Shown here piece by piece: positions 23,843-36,917 of a stretch of 64,000 nt of DNA (position 1 is its first letter; each line of letters begins with the position of its first letter). The notes under the pieces are model-generated. The model searched no databases, was not told where the DNA came from, and saw only the letters and a program-made list of their open reading frames with translations. Location: contig JBITNC010000001.1 of the NCBI GenBank assembly GCA_050084985.1, positions 198,462,001 to 198,526,000 on the forward strand, written 5' to 3'. This stretch comes from Nageia nagi (Eukaryota > Plantae > Pinophyta). Position numbers and translations under genes: made by a program.

Positions 23843-26800
23843 ATGACTAGCTCGAGGAGTAGTGCGGCCAAAGAGAGTGCAAGCGAGCTAGAGATGCTGA
23901 GACAAGATTGTATCCTCTCGATATGTGAGACACAAGAGCCCCTACCCCAAGGGGCTAGATTTTCGAAGAATGGATTTGCCACTATCGGGGATATAGATTG
24001 GCAGAAGGTTGATCCAATATAGATAAGGGAGAAGATTTGCAACATGGAGATTGCAATATTGAAAACAGATGTTGTATTCTTCTCAACTCTTTCCACATCA
24101 ACTCCATCCCATTCGTAGCCCCTTTCCCAAAGTTGTGTATGGAGGTGAGCCAGCATTGGAAGAAAGGCAAGATGGTGCTTAGGGACATCAAGGGGGATGT
24201 CATCATGGACTTCAGCCCTAAGGCTATCAAGAAGGCATTTCAATGGATGATGGGAGGGAGCTTCGAATATAGTGAAGCAAAGTCGCTTGTTACCAAGGCA
24301 CTAACAAAGCGGTCGTTACCATCAGAGATTGGATGCTTGAGAAACATCATGGCCTTAAAGGAAATGCTCTCATCAATGCTCCTCGCAGCCACTTCTACTC
24401 TGTTGTAGAGTTGATGATCTTGATGTTGTTTCGGATCCTCGGAAAAGAAGATGGCACTAAGTTTAGGAAGGAGTTCTTTGGCTTCATCATTAAGATGGCA
24501 AAGGGGAAGAAGATTAGATGGAGCAAGGTATTGAGTGATACCTCTGCATAGCAGTTGTCATTAATGGGCACCTCACGCAAATTTTATCTCAACTCATACT
24601 TGGTATATTTGTTTCATGGCAAACATAGACCCACGACTCAAGGAGAGGTAGCATAGATCGAGAAGGGAACATATGCCATATGGAAATGCTACCCCAAATG
24701 GAAGATTGAGAGAAGATGGGATAGTTTCTTCATGAGAAATGATGGATGGGAATATGAGATCTATAAGAAGCTAAAAGGTGAAATCACAATGACTAGGATC
24801 TCAAACTTAGCACAGGATGCACTGTGTAAGAATGGAGATTTCTTCATCAATCACCAATGCTATTCCTATATCAGAATTTACGGATCAGCCATGGAGCCAT
24901 ACTAGTTGCCCAGGTATGTCAGTAACAGATTGATCTTGATGGAGATGATGAGGCAGTTGGCCTACATGCATGAGCATATGTGGCACAAGAAATTGATCAC
25001 CTCTAATTTGTCGATCATAGTGGGAGAGTATCAATGCAGAACTTGGGTGGACATGGATTCGATCAAAGAGGAGTTGGAGAGATTCCACTTCAAGATGATG
25101 ACCGCCGCAAATCACTATGACACAGAGCATAAAATTCATGGCTTCTACACAAAGGAACAGAAAAGGGCTTATGAGCATAAATCACTTGGAGATGAGGAGC
25201 TATTCAGAAACGTGACCAATGAGGTGGTGATGAGAAAGATTTGTGCTAGATTGCAAGAGGAGGCTTAGAAGCAGCAACAGACCGTGGAGGCCAGTATTGA
25301 CAAGAGGTTGTCATAGGCAAAGGGGAAGAGACCACAAGAGTCTACATCCAGGGTTACACAACTCCCTTTGACAATTGAGGAACTTGTTGGTCAATATGCT
25401 TCAATTCATGGCAAGAATCCAATTGAGATAATGGTTGAACGAGGGAGACCATGGATGAGAATGATGTGAGAGAATTGGAGAACATAGCGGCCAATAAGGT
25501 AGTGAGGTGTGTAAGAAACAAAGAAAAGGATCCATCACCTCCACAAAGACCACCAAAAGGGCCAGTTCAACGCCCATCTACGATCATTGAGTCCTCATCC
25601 TCTAGCCCCATTTATGAGCTAGATGATAGTCACAGAAATGAACAAGGGTAGGATGGTGAACCAGAAGTGAATCCAGCTCAGTCTATTTTAAATTCCAGAT
25701 GCTCGAGAGGAGTCTTTGTGGATTCTAGAGGTTGTTCAAAAGTTCATTTCTTCGGAGTCGTTTGCCTCTCGAAGAAGAGGGAAGAGTCCAACCTCCAAAT
25801 TGATTCCCAGGAGAGCTCAGTTGAAGTAAACACCCCAGTCACGGTCATCATAGGTACCCAAGGAGAATGTTGATGAGGAGGCAAGGCCTTCAAAAAGGCC
25901 AAAGAAGAGTGTCACCATTAATCATGAGCCAATCGTCAAGACCCACCAGCTGTCACCAAATGATGAGTGGGGTGTAGATATGGACGAATGCCTTGACGTT
26001 TTCAATACGGGCGTTGGGGAGGAATTTGGAGTTGATGAGATCAATGGTCAAATTGGAGAGAGCTCTACTCGTCGAGAGAAGATTCAAACGTATGTACACA
26101 TAACCAATAACGCAAACCATATCAAGACAGTGTATACAGATAAGGACAACCCACAACGGCCTAGAGAGCTCAAACAAATAAATCAAATCATCAATATGGG
26201 TCCCATTGGAATCGCTGGTAGGAAGCATGCAATCATAGCCAAGACGAATGCAATCACCAAGGAAAGGCTGCAAAAGAAAAAAGAGATTAAAATCCTAAAG
26301 GAGTTAGCCGCTCAGAGAAGATTGACTAGGGAAATAGAGTCCGTGAAGGTACCCCCTGAAGAGCTCAAGAAGTTGAAACCTTTGAAGGAGCGGTTGGTTG
26401 CTGTGAAACAAGAAATGATTGAAGACATCCTGATAGTGGTGGCACAATTCATAGATACCTTGCAGAAGATCTCCATTGAGGAACAAAAGTTAAAAGACAA
26501 TGTGACAAACAAGGTTGATTTCCTCAGGAGGTTAGAGTCTCGAAGACCCATCATTGAGAGATTCTAGATGACTCAAGATCAGAGACCGAAGGATGCCAGT
26601 TTATGTGACAACTACTGGTTCTATTTGGGGGTGTTGTAGTAGATGGCTACTCGCTTTCAGGAAGTAAGTCACGAGGATCAACGATAAAGCCAACTAAAGC
26701 CTAGAGCAAATGGAATTTGAAGTCAAGTTCCTTAAGGAGGACACGACTATTAGAGAGACAGGCATGGTAGTTGTCAAAATAAGACATCTACTGCAGAGCC

Positions 26801-27033
26801 TATTAATGATCGAGGATATCAACACGTATCAGACTAGGAGCCATGTCAAACACATATTAAAGGCTCAAACTTGGAAGATCAAGATGCAAAAGATGATCAA
26901 CGAGGTTGAAGGCTGCATTGCAACTAATATTGGAAAGACCTCCGAGATGGTGTGCGGGTTGGAGTTCACAACCAAGTTCTTGGATGAGGACTTCGAAGAC
27001 AGAGTTGTGACCTTAGGGCCACAATCATCATAG
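23843..27033 (+). pseudogene. Accessory ORF of D, ~1,050 codons, unknown function (conserved N-terminal domain, acidic/Ser-Pro linker, coiled-coil-like C-terminus)
   Basis: Successive ORFs 23597-24022, 24037-24408, 24333-24551, 24906-25268, 25451-25651, 25980-26567 and 26710-27033. Motifs GDVIMDFSP, IRWSKVLSD, FYLNSYLVY and IRIYG..PY.LPRYVSNRLILME are shared with 59541-61162. Confidence 0.8.
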
Positions 27034-29199
27034 TTGTGTTATTTTATTTTATTTTTTGCAAAACATTTTATTTTCTATAAAAAAACCTAATTATTATTTT
27101 ATTCCCAAACTTGTGATGGATTGAGGATTGCTCCCACAAGTTTGGAAGGATCTTGTAACGCCATGTGGCATTTTATTATTGGAACACTCATGTTTTCTTT
27201 GGTAAACAAAATTAGGGTTAGGGAAACATTGTTGGTTGCTTGAAAAACTATTTATAGCCCATTTGGGCTCATTTTGTAGAGGATTAGACATTTTGCACTT
27301 GTGAGAACTTAATTACTATTTCTAAATAAACAAGTTGCTCCATTTGTGAATGTGGTATTATCTCAAGTAAAAGAATGGTGAATGCTCTCATGGTTGGAAG
27401 TATGAACACAATGTGCATGCTTTGTTGTATATCTTGAATGAATGAGTGATATTGCTATCTTGCTTTACTCAAGTTTGCTTGGTTCATTTCATAAACCTTG
27501 TGTTGAAGTGGATGAGAGAGTTTGTTGAATACCCTTTAAAGTAATCATTGAGTAAGACGTGATTTGTAATAGTTCATATTTTCATGTTAGACTTGTGCTA
27601 TTTGGGATGACCCTCTTATGTCGTTTAGCGTAAGGACTTCACTCTATCATTGAAGACCTACCCACGATCTACCTTTTTGCCACCGTTGCCTTTTCTTCAC
27701 TCTCCTTGCACTAGTCCATTCGTGTTGTTGGCTAGTGAAGAGGATACGAAGTGTGTGGAACTTACATCAAGCTCTAGAGAAGTAGATCCCAATCTTTGCA
27801 CTAGTCGGTAAGACCACATGCACTTGTGCTCAACGTACATACCACTGTCTAGTCTACACCATTTTTCTTTATTTTTCACTTTTTTTTGCACCTTTCGCAA
27901 TCCTATTTTTATTTTTGTTTGAGAAACAACCATTTTTGGAAACAGGGACACTTCGAATCCTTGATTAACAAATTTCATTTGAGTTAGAAATAGCTTCAAA
28001 CATCCTAGCCAGTCTCCTAGGTCTGTTCTTGCACATCCAATTCACAAGACCTTTGAGATAACCAATCCTCATAGCGGGGAGGGGTAACACACTTCCACCT
28101 AGGTGTTGGTGTCTTTCATAAGCCTTGCAAGTCAATTTGCCTATCGACAGGGTAGAAAAGAAAAAAACCCAATTGATGTAGAATGAGTTGGGATGCCACC
28201 AAATACTCAATTTATTCCTCTTTTGACTGCTGGTTTGTCCCTGATGTTAATGAAAGCTGAAACTGGCCAACTGTGATGAATATTAACACTGTTGTCCCTG
28301 CACATTTTCTGTTAGAACTGTCAAGTTTCAAGCAAAATATTTTTTTCTGTAATGCTCCATTTTATGCACTTGATACAGCATTGGAAAGTTTATTTTAAGC
28401 TCTTTCCAATGGTATATAGAGTGCCTATATTTGGTAAGAAATTGACCTATTTTAGCTCTGTTTTATGACATTTAGAATCTTGTTAAACTATCAACTTCTA
28501 GGTATCAAAACTTTTTCTATGCAAATCCTTTTCTGTGCTTGATACACCGTTAGAAAGTTCATTTCAAAGTTCAAACTCTTTCCAACAGTATACTCCTTGC
28601 ATATTTTTGAGAGGATTAAGTGCTTTGTTTGATCTCTGTAAAAACACTTTTTATCTCAATCGGTTTCTGCACACCGCTGTGTGTGCCTAGGCAACATACT
28701 CTGCTTAATCAGATGAGCAAACAAACAATTCTGCAGGCCGTTGCATGCATCTGGCTGGGAATAAATACACTCACTGGCTGGTCAGACTAATAGTTTTGCG
28801 AGCTACTATGTGCACATGGCTGGGCAGAAATACACTAGGCTTCAAGTAGCCAGTTGTATTTTTCAGAAGTGGCTTTCTCATCAGTGTGCATCTACATCAT
28901 GAAAATTTAGAAACAAACAAACAAACACATTTATCAAGATATGTGTCTAAATTTCTTATCTTTTCCAAAATATTTGAGTAAGTTAAAAGACCAACTAAAC
29001 ATAATAAATACTAAATTTGACATGAAAGTATGAAAATAGTGGATATAAAATGTATGTTATATGGACTCATCACATACCTTCTTCAACTTCTTCTAAGCTT
29101 GTGTAGAAAACTGGTCCACTCAACACTTTTAATATTCTTTGTGATAATCTAAGATTCTACGCTATAGCAGGACCTAGTTTTCAACTTTTCATGCTTCTG

Positions 29200-30170
29200 A
29201 CATTGCTATCAATATTCCACTCACAACCTTATGTCAAAAGAGCAAATGGTAGCATTTTCATTATGATTATTTATGTTCACAATCTTGTTATCAATAGGAG
29301 CGAGGCTGCTATGACTGATCAAGTGAAGTTTGGTCTTTGCAACATTTTCCATATGACAGATTTGGGCCTCCTCCACTAACCTGGGTGTAAAATTTCTTCA
29401 GCATGAGACTTTAACATTACAACTAGGATTTATTTAGAGAAGTTTCTAATGCGTGTATACCTATACAGGTTAGGCTGAAGCTTTCTGCCAACAATGATCC
29501 AACATCAGTTTCGGGGTTAATGTATCATCAATTGCTAGGCACTTGATCAATCTTACACTCATGAGAAAAGATTTATGCTTTGCAATCAGCTACCTTACTC
29601 AGTTTATGTTTAAACTTAAAACCAACCACAAATCATTAGCAAGAAGGAAAGAGAGTGTTTTGTTATTTTAAATATACAATTAACTTTTTGCATTTGACAG
29701 AACAAATGAATAATTTCCAATTGATGGGTTTAAACTCAAATTATTTGGTTTCATTAATGATGGGAACTCTACCATGTATATATTGTATATGTGTTCAACA
29801 GATGCGTTATCCTCCATGGAAGCAAAGTACAAGGCAGCAGTGAATGCATATTTTGAGGCAGTATGGCTGAGTGACTTTTGGCTGATTTGCAAAGTGTACA
29901 ATTCCAGCGTACCTCACTTTACTTCTGAAAATATAAGTGTCTTCAGTTGGTAAAGAAACATGTTTATAATGCCAGCACAAAGCATATGTAGAGTCATTAC
30001 CGCTGCATCTGATAGCTTGTCAGTGATAATGAGATTTCTTTTCGTTACTGTACTACACATGATCAGAACAGACAACTTCACCAGACCACTTGGACCTAAC
30101 CAGTTTATCAAATTTGGAAATAAAGGTGGTGTTGTATTTAGTTTCGTCATTTCAGGAGGGCATTAAATAA
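29200..30170 (+). pseudogene. pol: Old, heavily decayed Ty1/Copia RT-RNase H remnant
   Basis: IYVHNLVI...FHMTDLGLLH (cf. LYVDDL...FEMTDLG). RTDNFTRPLG (cf. ADIFTKPL). PPT-like CAGGAGGG at ~30153. Confidence 0.75.
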
Positions 30171-31059
30171 TGCAATGCCCCAACTATTATGTGGTTGCGG
30201 TGGTTGAATAGTTACAAGTAAGTTGTGTGGTTAGGATAGTTAAATAGTTAGGGAGTTTCACTTATGTAAGGCCCATTTGCAAGACATATATTACAAAGTA
30301 ATACCAAATGCATTGCATCCAGAATCCCTCCAAACCATCAAATAGAAAACAAAACAAATTGAAAAAATAGAAGGCAAAAAATAGAAAATAAAACAAACTG
30401 ATAAAGTACTTTTTTAAGGCAAGGACAACTCATGTTTCTTCTCCTTTAAAAATAAGGAGAGAGAACATCGAGCCATATGTAATTAAATGTAGTTCATTGG
30501 GTGGGTATAACTCACACTTTGATAGGAGGACGAGATATGATGACCAAAACCTGCAAGTCCTCATTTGGGTGTGAATTCCATACCTATAACACAAGACCAA
30601 TATGTATGTTCTAAGATGCAGCGTAACTAGCACATATTGATATAAATTGAAAGCAAGGAAAGTAATAAGCATTTACAAAGATTTACGAAAAAAACCATAG
30701 AACATTCAAAATCCACTGCACAGGAATATTATAATGTTTACCAATTATCATGATCTTAACCGCATGAAAAATTGTAGGCACAGTACATAATTTTTAATGT
30801 GGGAATATAAAAGGAGTCAATTCCCAAACATGTGGAATTACTAAAGTGGCATGAGATAGGGGAAATCAAGAAAAGCTTTGAAACAAACTGATTGCTTGTA
30901 ACCAGAAAAAACATTTTAAACTCTAGAATATATAAAGAGGGAGGGAGAGAGATAAAACTACTATTCTAAAAGAAAATTGTATGCTTCAAAATAAAAAATA
31001 TGATTTGTAAACCTAATCATATCTTGAAGATAAATAGGATAGTAATTTGGGATAGGGAA

Positions 31060-31330
31060 CATTCCTATAATGATAGGATCCGTGGTTTTTGAGAGACCAC
31101 AAACTTGAAGATTAAATTCTTTAGAGTGGTATATCCTCTCTTCAAATTTCAGTTGCCCTGCCATTTCAACCACAGGAGGGGCCTTCTTTCCTTTCACCAC
31201 TTGTACCCACAAGTTTTGTTCTTCCATCTGCGTTTGAATTGACTGTTTTTGGGCAGCAGATTCCTGTTTCAAATGTTCCTCTTCAATGAGGATCTCCGAT
31301 TGTTTGTATTAGAGTTCAGAAACCACCTCA
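31060..31330 (-). pseudogene. Possible LINE ORF1 N-terminal fragment
   Basis: Coiled-coil-like stretch, then WVQVVK and EERIYHSKEFNLQVCGL, resembling the LINE ORF1 'E.ER...NL.V.GL' pattern. Short and unconfirmed. Confidence 0.4.
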
Positions 31331-32043
31331 TTTAGTTGTTGTGTTGATGCAGAATTTCGGTAGTGGGGGAGGCTTGAGAAAAACAATTAAATTACCCAAT
31401 CTTGGACTCAAATTGCAGTTCAAACTTCAAACATCTCAACAGTTTTTTCACTATTCATCTTCTAGTGCTAAATCCACTATGAGATCAAAGACAAATACCA
31501 TTGTTTCTTCCAAGACTCACATGGCTCATTGTCTACATTTTTTCAGTACCCTGATCAGCATTACTGAACTCTCTATCCCTGAGAGACCTTCATTTTACAT
31601 AAACATCTTATGGCCAGCACTCAACATCTGACAGGTGATTTACGCATTACATCCTTTTTTCGAGCTTCCCCTGCTAAAGGAGAGCGTAGGATACATTATA
31701 ATGACCCACTTCTTCCCACATGCCGCACCAAGAGATGCCTTTAGGATCCCCCAACTCCACTAAGGACTCCATGGAACACATCCTTCTTCCCCTCCAGCAG
31801 CAGTACCACAAGCTTGACCCTCACATACTAGTAAGAGTTCTCCTCGATGTGGAGAGAACATGTATGCTTTTCATTCAGAGAAGAACAGGACGACCCTCCA
31901 TAGACCATGATAGATTGCTATCTTCATCAAGGTTTGGACCATCCCTTTTATAGATGTGTTTATATTTGTTTTATATTATTTTATGTTTTCTTTAGAATGA
32001 GCCCTTTAGTGATATGCTTGTACTTGACAGTCCTATTGACCAC

Positions 32044-33196
32044 TATGACGTCCCCTTGTCCAGACGTAATTAGTTGTGGAGTCCGAAGGGATCTACTTGT
32101 AATATACTTTCTTTATGAATTGCTCTTTATGATTGTAAGTTAGGATAGGAGACTTAATGGGTCAATGGGCCCCATTGTGAGCCCTAAGTGGGACGTCTCC
32201 CTCCTAAGGATAGGTTAGGAGTATTTGTCATGCTTGAAGATCTCGATAATGATTGTGGGAATCCCAAGGTGTATTTAGCATATATTGGATGGAGGAGCAC
32301 TTATTAACCCAATGTTGAGTATGGGAGCATATAGACACCTGCTCCAACTTGGGGGAGGCTTCTAGACCCCCACGTTGGGCACAGAGACCCACGTTGTCCC
32401 CCTAAGTACCCACACATGCCTTCCTGGGTCCACGTGGAGCATAGGGGATGCCCAGATACCCACGTTGAGCTTGGATTGATCCCTAGGTGCCAACATTGGG
32501 CCATGAGGGGAATAGATGATGATTTTGAGGTGCAATCCGGTCCAAGGGAAGCTATATTGATCCTTGGAGCCTCAATACTGGATATGCTTGATTATTATTC
32601 TCTTATACCGTCCACAGGACTTCAAGACCTAGCGGTGCTAAGCAACATTTCTAGATGTAGAGTCTAGAGGGCATTCAGGCTGAGGGATCCTGTCTGTCTA
32701 CGGTATTGGCACAGCACCTAACCCATTTGATGGCATTCCGAGGTACGGCTTCTACCATTCAATTGGTTATCCAGGATCAGAGGAGGGCTCCTTCAGTGGA
32801 GAGGATTCGGGTTCTGAGGGAGCATTACTGTCCCATGGTTCCATTGTTGTTCTAGTGATCAAGGATATTCATTGTTGTACCCTAGTTGGCTCCAAAGAGG
32901 CCAATGACTTCCCCCTAGGGCTTGGTATTGTATTGTACTACTTCATATCATTTGTATACTGCCAAGGGCAATTGGATCTCATGCTTGTGTTGCGTTGACC
33001 CATCTTGTGCATGCCTTGGATCATTATTGTTGTTTATGCTTGTACTTATAGTACATTCGCATTATGATGTATTGTTGATTGAATATTGCATGTTCTAGTC
33101 AGACGTCGGCATCTTGGTATTGTGAATGTATAATATTGATGCCCAAACCCTAGAGTTGCATATTTGAGGGTGTGTTGGCTTGTGTTTGATGCCCTA
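32044..33196 (+). repeat. 5' LTR of I (last ~60 bp, PBS and leader deleted)
   Basis: Direct repeat of 36918-38075. Confidence 0.9.
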
Positions 33197-33269
33197 TACT
33201 TGACCTCAGGGTTTGAGGGATTGAGAATCAACCCATCATGGATCGATGGGATAGCCAGAGGCCACATTC

Positions 33270-35870
33270 TTGAGGTCCCACTCACATCAAGCAACCCAAG
33301 GTCCAAACCCTCTCCTAGAGAGGTACCTGGATGAGGACATTGGCAGGATTGAGGAGCAGCCAGTCATTTCGAAGCCATCCAAGCCCATGTTTGTGCATAA
33401 GTTTGGAGAGGCCACGAAGAATAAGATTCCTAGACCCTTGGAGCTAAATCAGATTTTCAGAGAGTATTCCATGTTGGATCCAAGGTTGAGAAAAGACGTG
33501 AACTTCAATTGTTACCTAGAGATTTTAGGACTGAAGGGAAGCAACTCACATGGCCCGCGCACTTCCAACAATTCTTGGGATGAGAAGGACCTGCAACACA
33601 AGATTAATAAGATGCAAGTACGAATTTATGATGGTAAGAAGATGACGACTAGGGCATGGCTACATCAATTGCAAACTTATTTCACTTTGAGTCCCAACAT
33701 GTTAGAGGAGGATGCGATACATTTTGCATCTCTGCATTTTGAGGGTGATGCCCTAGAGTTGTGGCAGCATGGAGTGATCAGCCAAGGTTACTCATCTGTG
33801 ACTTCCCATTTGAGCCAATGATAAATTATGTCATGGTCACTTTGTAATCTAGTGTTTGTTTATGGTCTTGTTGTACATGTGTAACTCAAGTAGGAGCTTA
33901 TGGTCTGTGGATCCCACTATGAGCCCAGTAATGGGACGTCTCCCTTTGAGTAGTAACATGTGATGTCATGTATGGGTAATCTCGGATTGTGGGAATCCCA
34001 ATGTAGTGTTGTTATGTGTGGGTAATCGCGGATTGTGGGAATCCCTGTAGCATCCCTTTTTAGAAGGTAGAGTTCGCCACAGGTCTTGGAGAGTTGATAT
34101 GATTGGTTCTTTGGATAGGGCATCTCGTGGGCAATGTTTTGACAGGTCACACGAAATGGTTTCATCAAGAGATGAAGGAGTTATGGGCTCTTGAAGTTTG
34201 CCAGCCGGACCAATCTTCCACTTCGTGGTCGCCCATGGAAATCTATGAACAGCTCTATATTGACCCCTTGAAATGTGACATCCCACTCCTTGGGATGTGA
34301 GTATGTTGTGATGTGTATTCAATGCATGCAGCAATAGTAATGGGACCATTTGTCTGAGTTGTGATGCATGATTCTAAGGTGTTGCATATCTATCCATTGG
34401 ATCTTGTGATTACGGGTATCCCTAGGCAACATTGGAATAGAGAGGCATGCACATGATTCGTAGGTGAGATCTAGGAGAGACTATATATTGAGGATGGAGC
34501 TCCATGGTGAGGTTAGCTATTGATTATACTTCTTCTATACTAAACTCGATCGAGCATACAAGTCTTGGCGATACTGAGCATTATTCCTAGACAGCGTCTA
34601 GAGTAGTGACAGGATTGGGAGTCTGGCATTCTATGACTTAGGTGGGTCACCTAGTCCATCCGGTGGTATTCAGAGGGCAAGCTTCTACCTTTAGTGGTCA
34701 CCAAGGTTCAAGGAGGCTCCTTTGCAGGAGAGGATTTGGAGTTTGAGGGAGTTAGTATTTCCTGTGGTGTTCGGCTTGTACAAGGGTTTGGAACCCTAGA
34801 TCTGGATGTTGAGATCCTCATTGTACTCCATTGTTATTCCATGATATAATATAGCTTGTGTCTCTCTCATCATTGTGTTGTTCCCTTTGTATGCATGCGT
34901 TGTGATATACTGGTGTTGGAAGCTTGTTCTGGCTCAATATTGTGGTGTGGCCCCATCGTGGGTATTTTTGTGTTGTCCATTGTTGTTGTGTTGCATTCGT
35001 GTGGTTAGCTTAGTGCTAGAGAAGCCCTAGGGGCTGACGTCAGCTTTGTGGGATCATTGTTTGGTGTGGTGTGTAGTGAGGAAGACCTAGGAGGCCCACG
35101 TTGGTGCATTGAGGTGTTTGTATGCCCTAGAGGGCAATCATTGGGTGCTTGAGGTTTATAGAAGCCCTAGCTTTGTTTTTGCTGAGGGTGATTTTAGATA
35201 GTCACATCATCACTTCCTTTGATGAGTTTGCCCGACAATTGGTCAAGAGGTACTTCCAGGACTTGACGTCATTGAGGCAACAAGGTGTAGTAGATGAGTA
35301 TGTGATGGAGTTACAAAGGATTGTCATCATGATCCACCACATTCCTGAGGAGATATTGAAATTTCTCTTTATAGCGGGCTTGTTTTCAGAGGATGAGTCA
35401 AATGACTTAGATCTAGAGATTGGAGTAGACACCTTAAAGCAGGGGACACACAGGCAGAAGGAACACTAGGGAGTATGATAGCTTCACTACATGGAGTAAA
35501 GAAGTATCTCACGTTGAAGATTGTGGGAAAAGCAAGAGGACAGGACGTGATGGTGTTAATTGATCTGGGAGCATCTCACAATTTCATTGATGTTGGCTTT
35601 GCTGAGAAGAACCTGATGACCAAGGGGTTTGAGGGATTAAGAGTCTCCAACACTAATGGGAAACTCACATTGGTGGACCACATTGTTGAGAGGTTTGGTG
35701 TGAAACTGCAGAGTTGTAAAGTGAGAGAGGACTTCTACATTTATCCCTTGAAGGGACACCCTCACATCATTCTAGGAGTACAATGGCTATTTGATTTAGG
35801 AGATATCCACACCAACTATCAGAAACTCACAATAAATTTCGATATAAATGGGAAAACTTTATTTAGGTAA
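33270..35870 (+). pseudogene. gag: gag-protease of I, split by a solo LTR
   Basis: TTRAWLHQLQTYFTLSP...QGYSS rejoins ITSFDEFARQLVK across the insertion. Protease VMVLIDLGASHNFID at 35475-35870. Confidence 0.88.
33797..35206 (+). mobile_element. Solo LTR (1,410 bp)
   Basis: Termini TGTGAC...GTCACA. TSD TCATC at 33792-33796 and 35207-35211. Confidence 0.9.
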
Positions 35871-35940
35871 TTAGAGATGACTGCCCACAGGTTGACAACA
35901 AGAGTGGTGCCAACAGAAGGAGGAAGCAGAAGATGGGGCC

Positions 35941-36570
35941 ACGTTGGAAAAAGAAAGGACTAAACAGAGAGTGAAGGGCATTGGAGAGCTCTTATGCTCC
36001 ACCTTGCAGTTCAGGGGGGCAAGAGCAGCTACGTGGAGTCTTGAGGGAGCAAGGCATCCAACGTTGGACCTAGGAAGGGAGTCACACCCTACGTTGGACA
36101 TCAGGGGAGTTTGCCATGAAACGTTGATATTGAAGGAGTTTTGGTCCCCCACATTGGTTGTTTGGGAGGATTCTTAATCAGTACTGAGTTTCAGGGAAGC
36201 TGGAAGCCCCACGTTGGGTACATGGAGAGATTGCCACCTAACGTTGAGGTTCAGGAAGGATGGGTTGCCCATGTGGGACACCTGGAGAGCTTGACATGCC
36301 ACGTCTAGCCGTTGGAAGCTCAGGTATCTCACGTTGAGGGATAGTGGAGATGGCTACCCAACGTTGAGCATGAGGGAGGCTGCATTCCCCACATAGAGTA
36401 TTCAAGAGCTAGAGGATGCCACGTTGGACCTAGAGAGGTCTAACTCCATGATAATGATTCAGCTGGCATGGGGATAGCCTATGTTGGAGGATGAGGTGGT
36501 TTCTTGCCTCACACTGGCCATGGGGAGATTGGGGAATCCCAAATGGAGCTCTGAGGAGTCATTGGTTTGT
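35941..36570 (+). repeat. Strictly phased 30-bp minisatellite (~20 units, core ACGTTGG)
   Basis: Core or close variants recur at exact multiples of 30 (35941, 36061, 36091, 36121, 36211, 36241, 36331, 36361, 36421, 36481). Confidence 0.9.
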
Positions 36571-36917
36571 GGGAGGAGTGAAGGCTCTACTTGTTTTCCA
36601 CTAACCATGATTTTCTCAAGGTTCTTGCAGGTACAATTCCGCTTAGACTCACATGCATTCTCATGGTTTTGGAATACATTCATTTAGCAGCTATTGAGGA
36701 GTGATAGTTACAGCAAACCAGAGTGTTAGCAGCCTACATTGACTTATGGGCATGAAGCCTCAGCTATATACTCCTCACCATCCCCTTGGATGATGCGTAT
36801 TGAAGTGGCATTCCATCACCATGTGTTTCAACTATCAGTACCAAAGGATTTTTAGAAGACAATATGGTGCAGTCTTCCACCATTGCTTCAGGGCAAGCAA
36901 TTCAAGAGGGGAGGCTT

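Larger units (their letters stand above)
22400..28172 (+). mobile_element. Element D: repeat array, accessory ORF and LTR-like 3' region (second family)
   Basis: Same layout as family C and a homologous ORF. 3' end GAAAAGAAAAAAACCCAA resembles the C terminus GAAAGAAAAACATACCAACA. Boundaries approximate. Confidence 0.65.

Noticed and set aside
31340-31950. Possible LINE RT 3' remnant or host exon
   Set aside because: No diagnostic motif could be read with confidence.
32304-33306. Short ORFs repeated at 32416 and 37291
   Set aside because: They recur only because they lie within the paired LTRs. There is no evidence of coding function.
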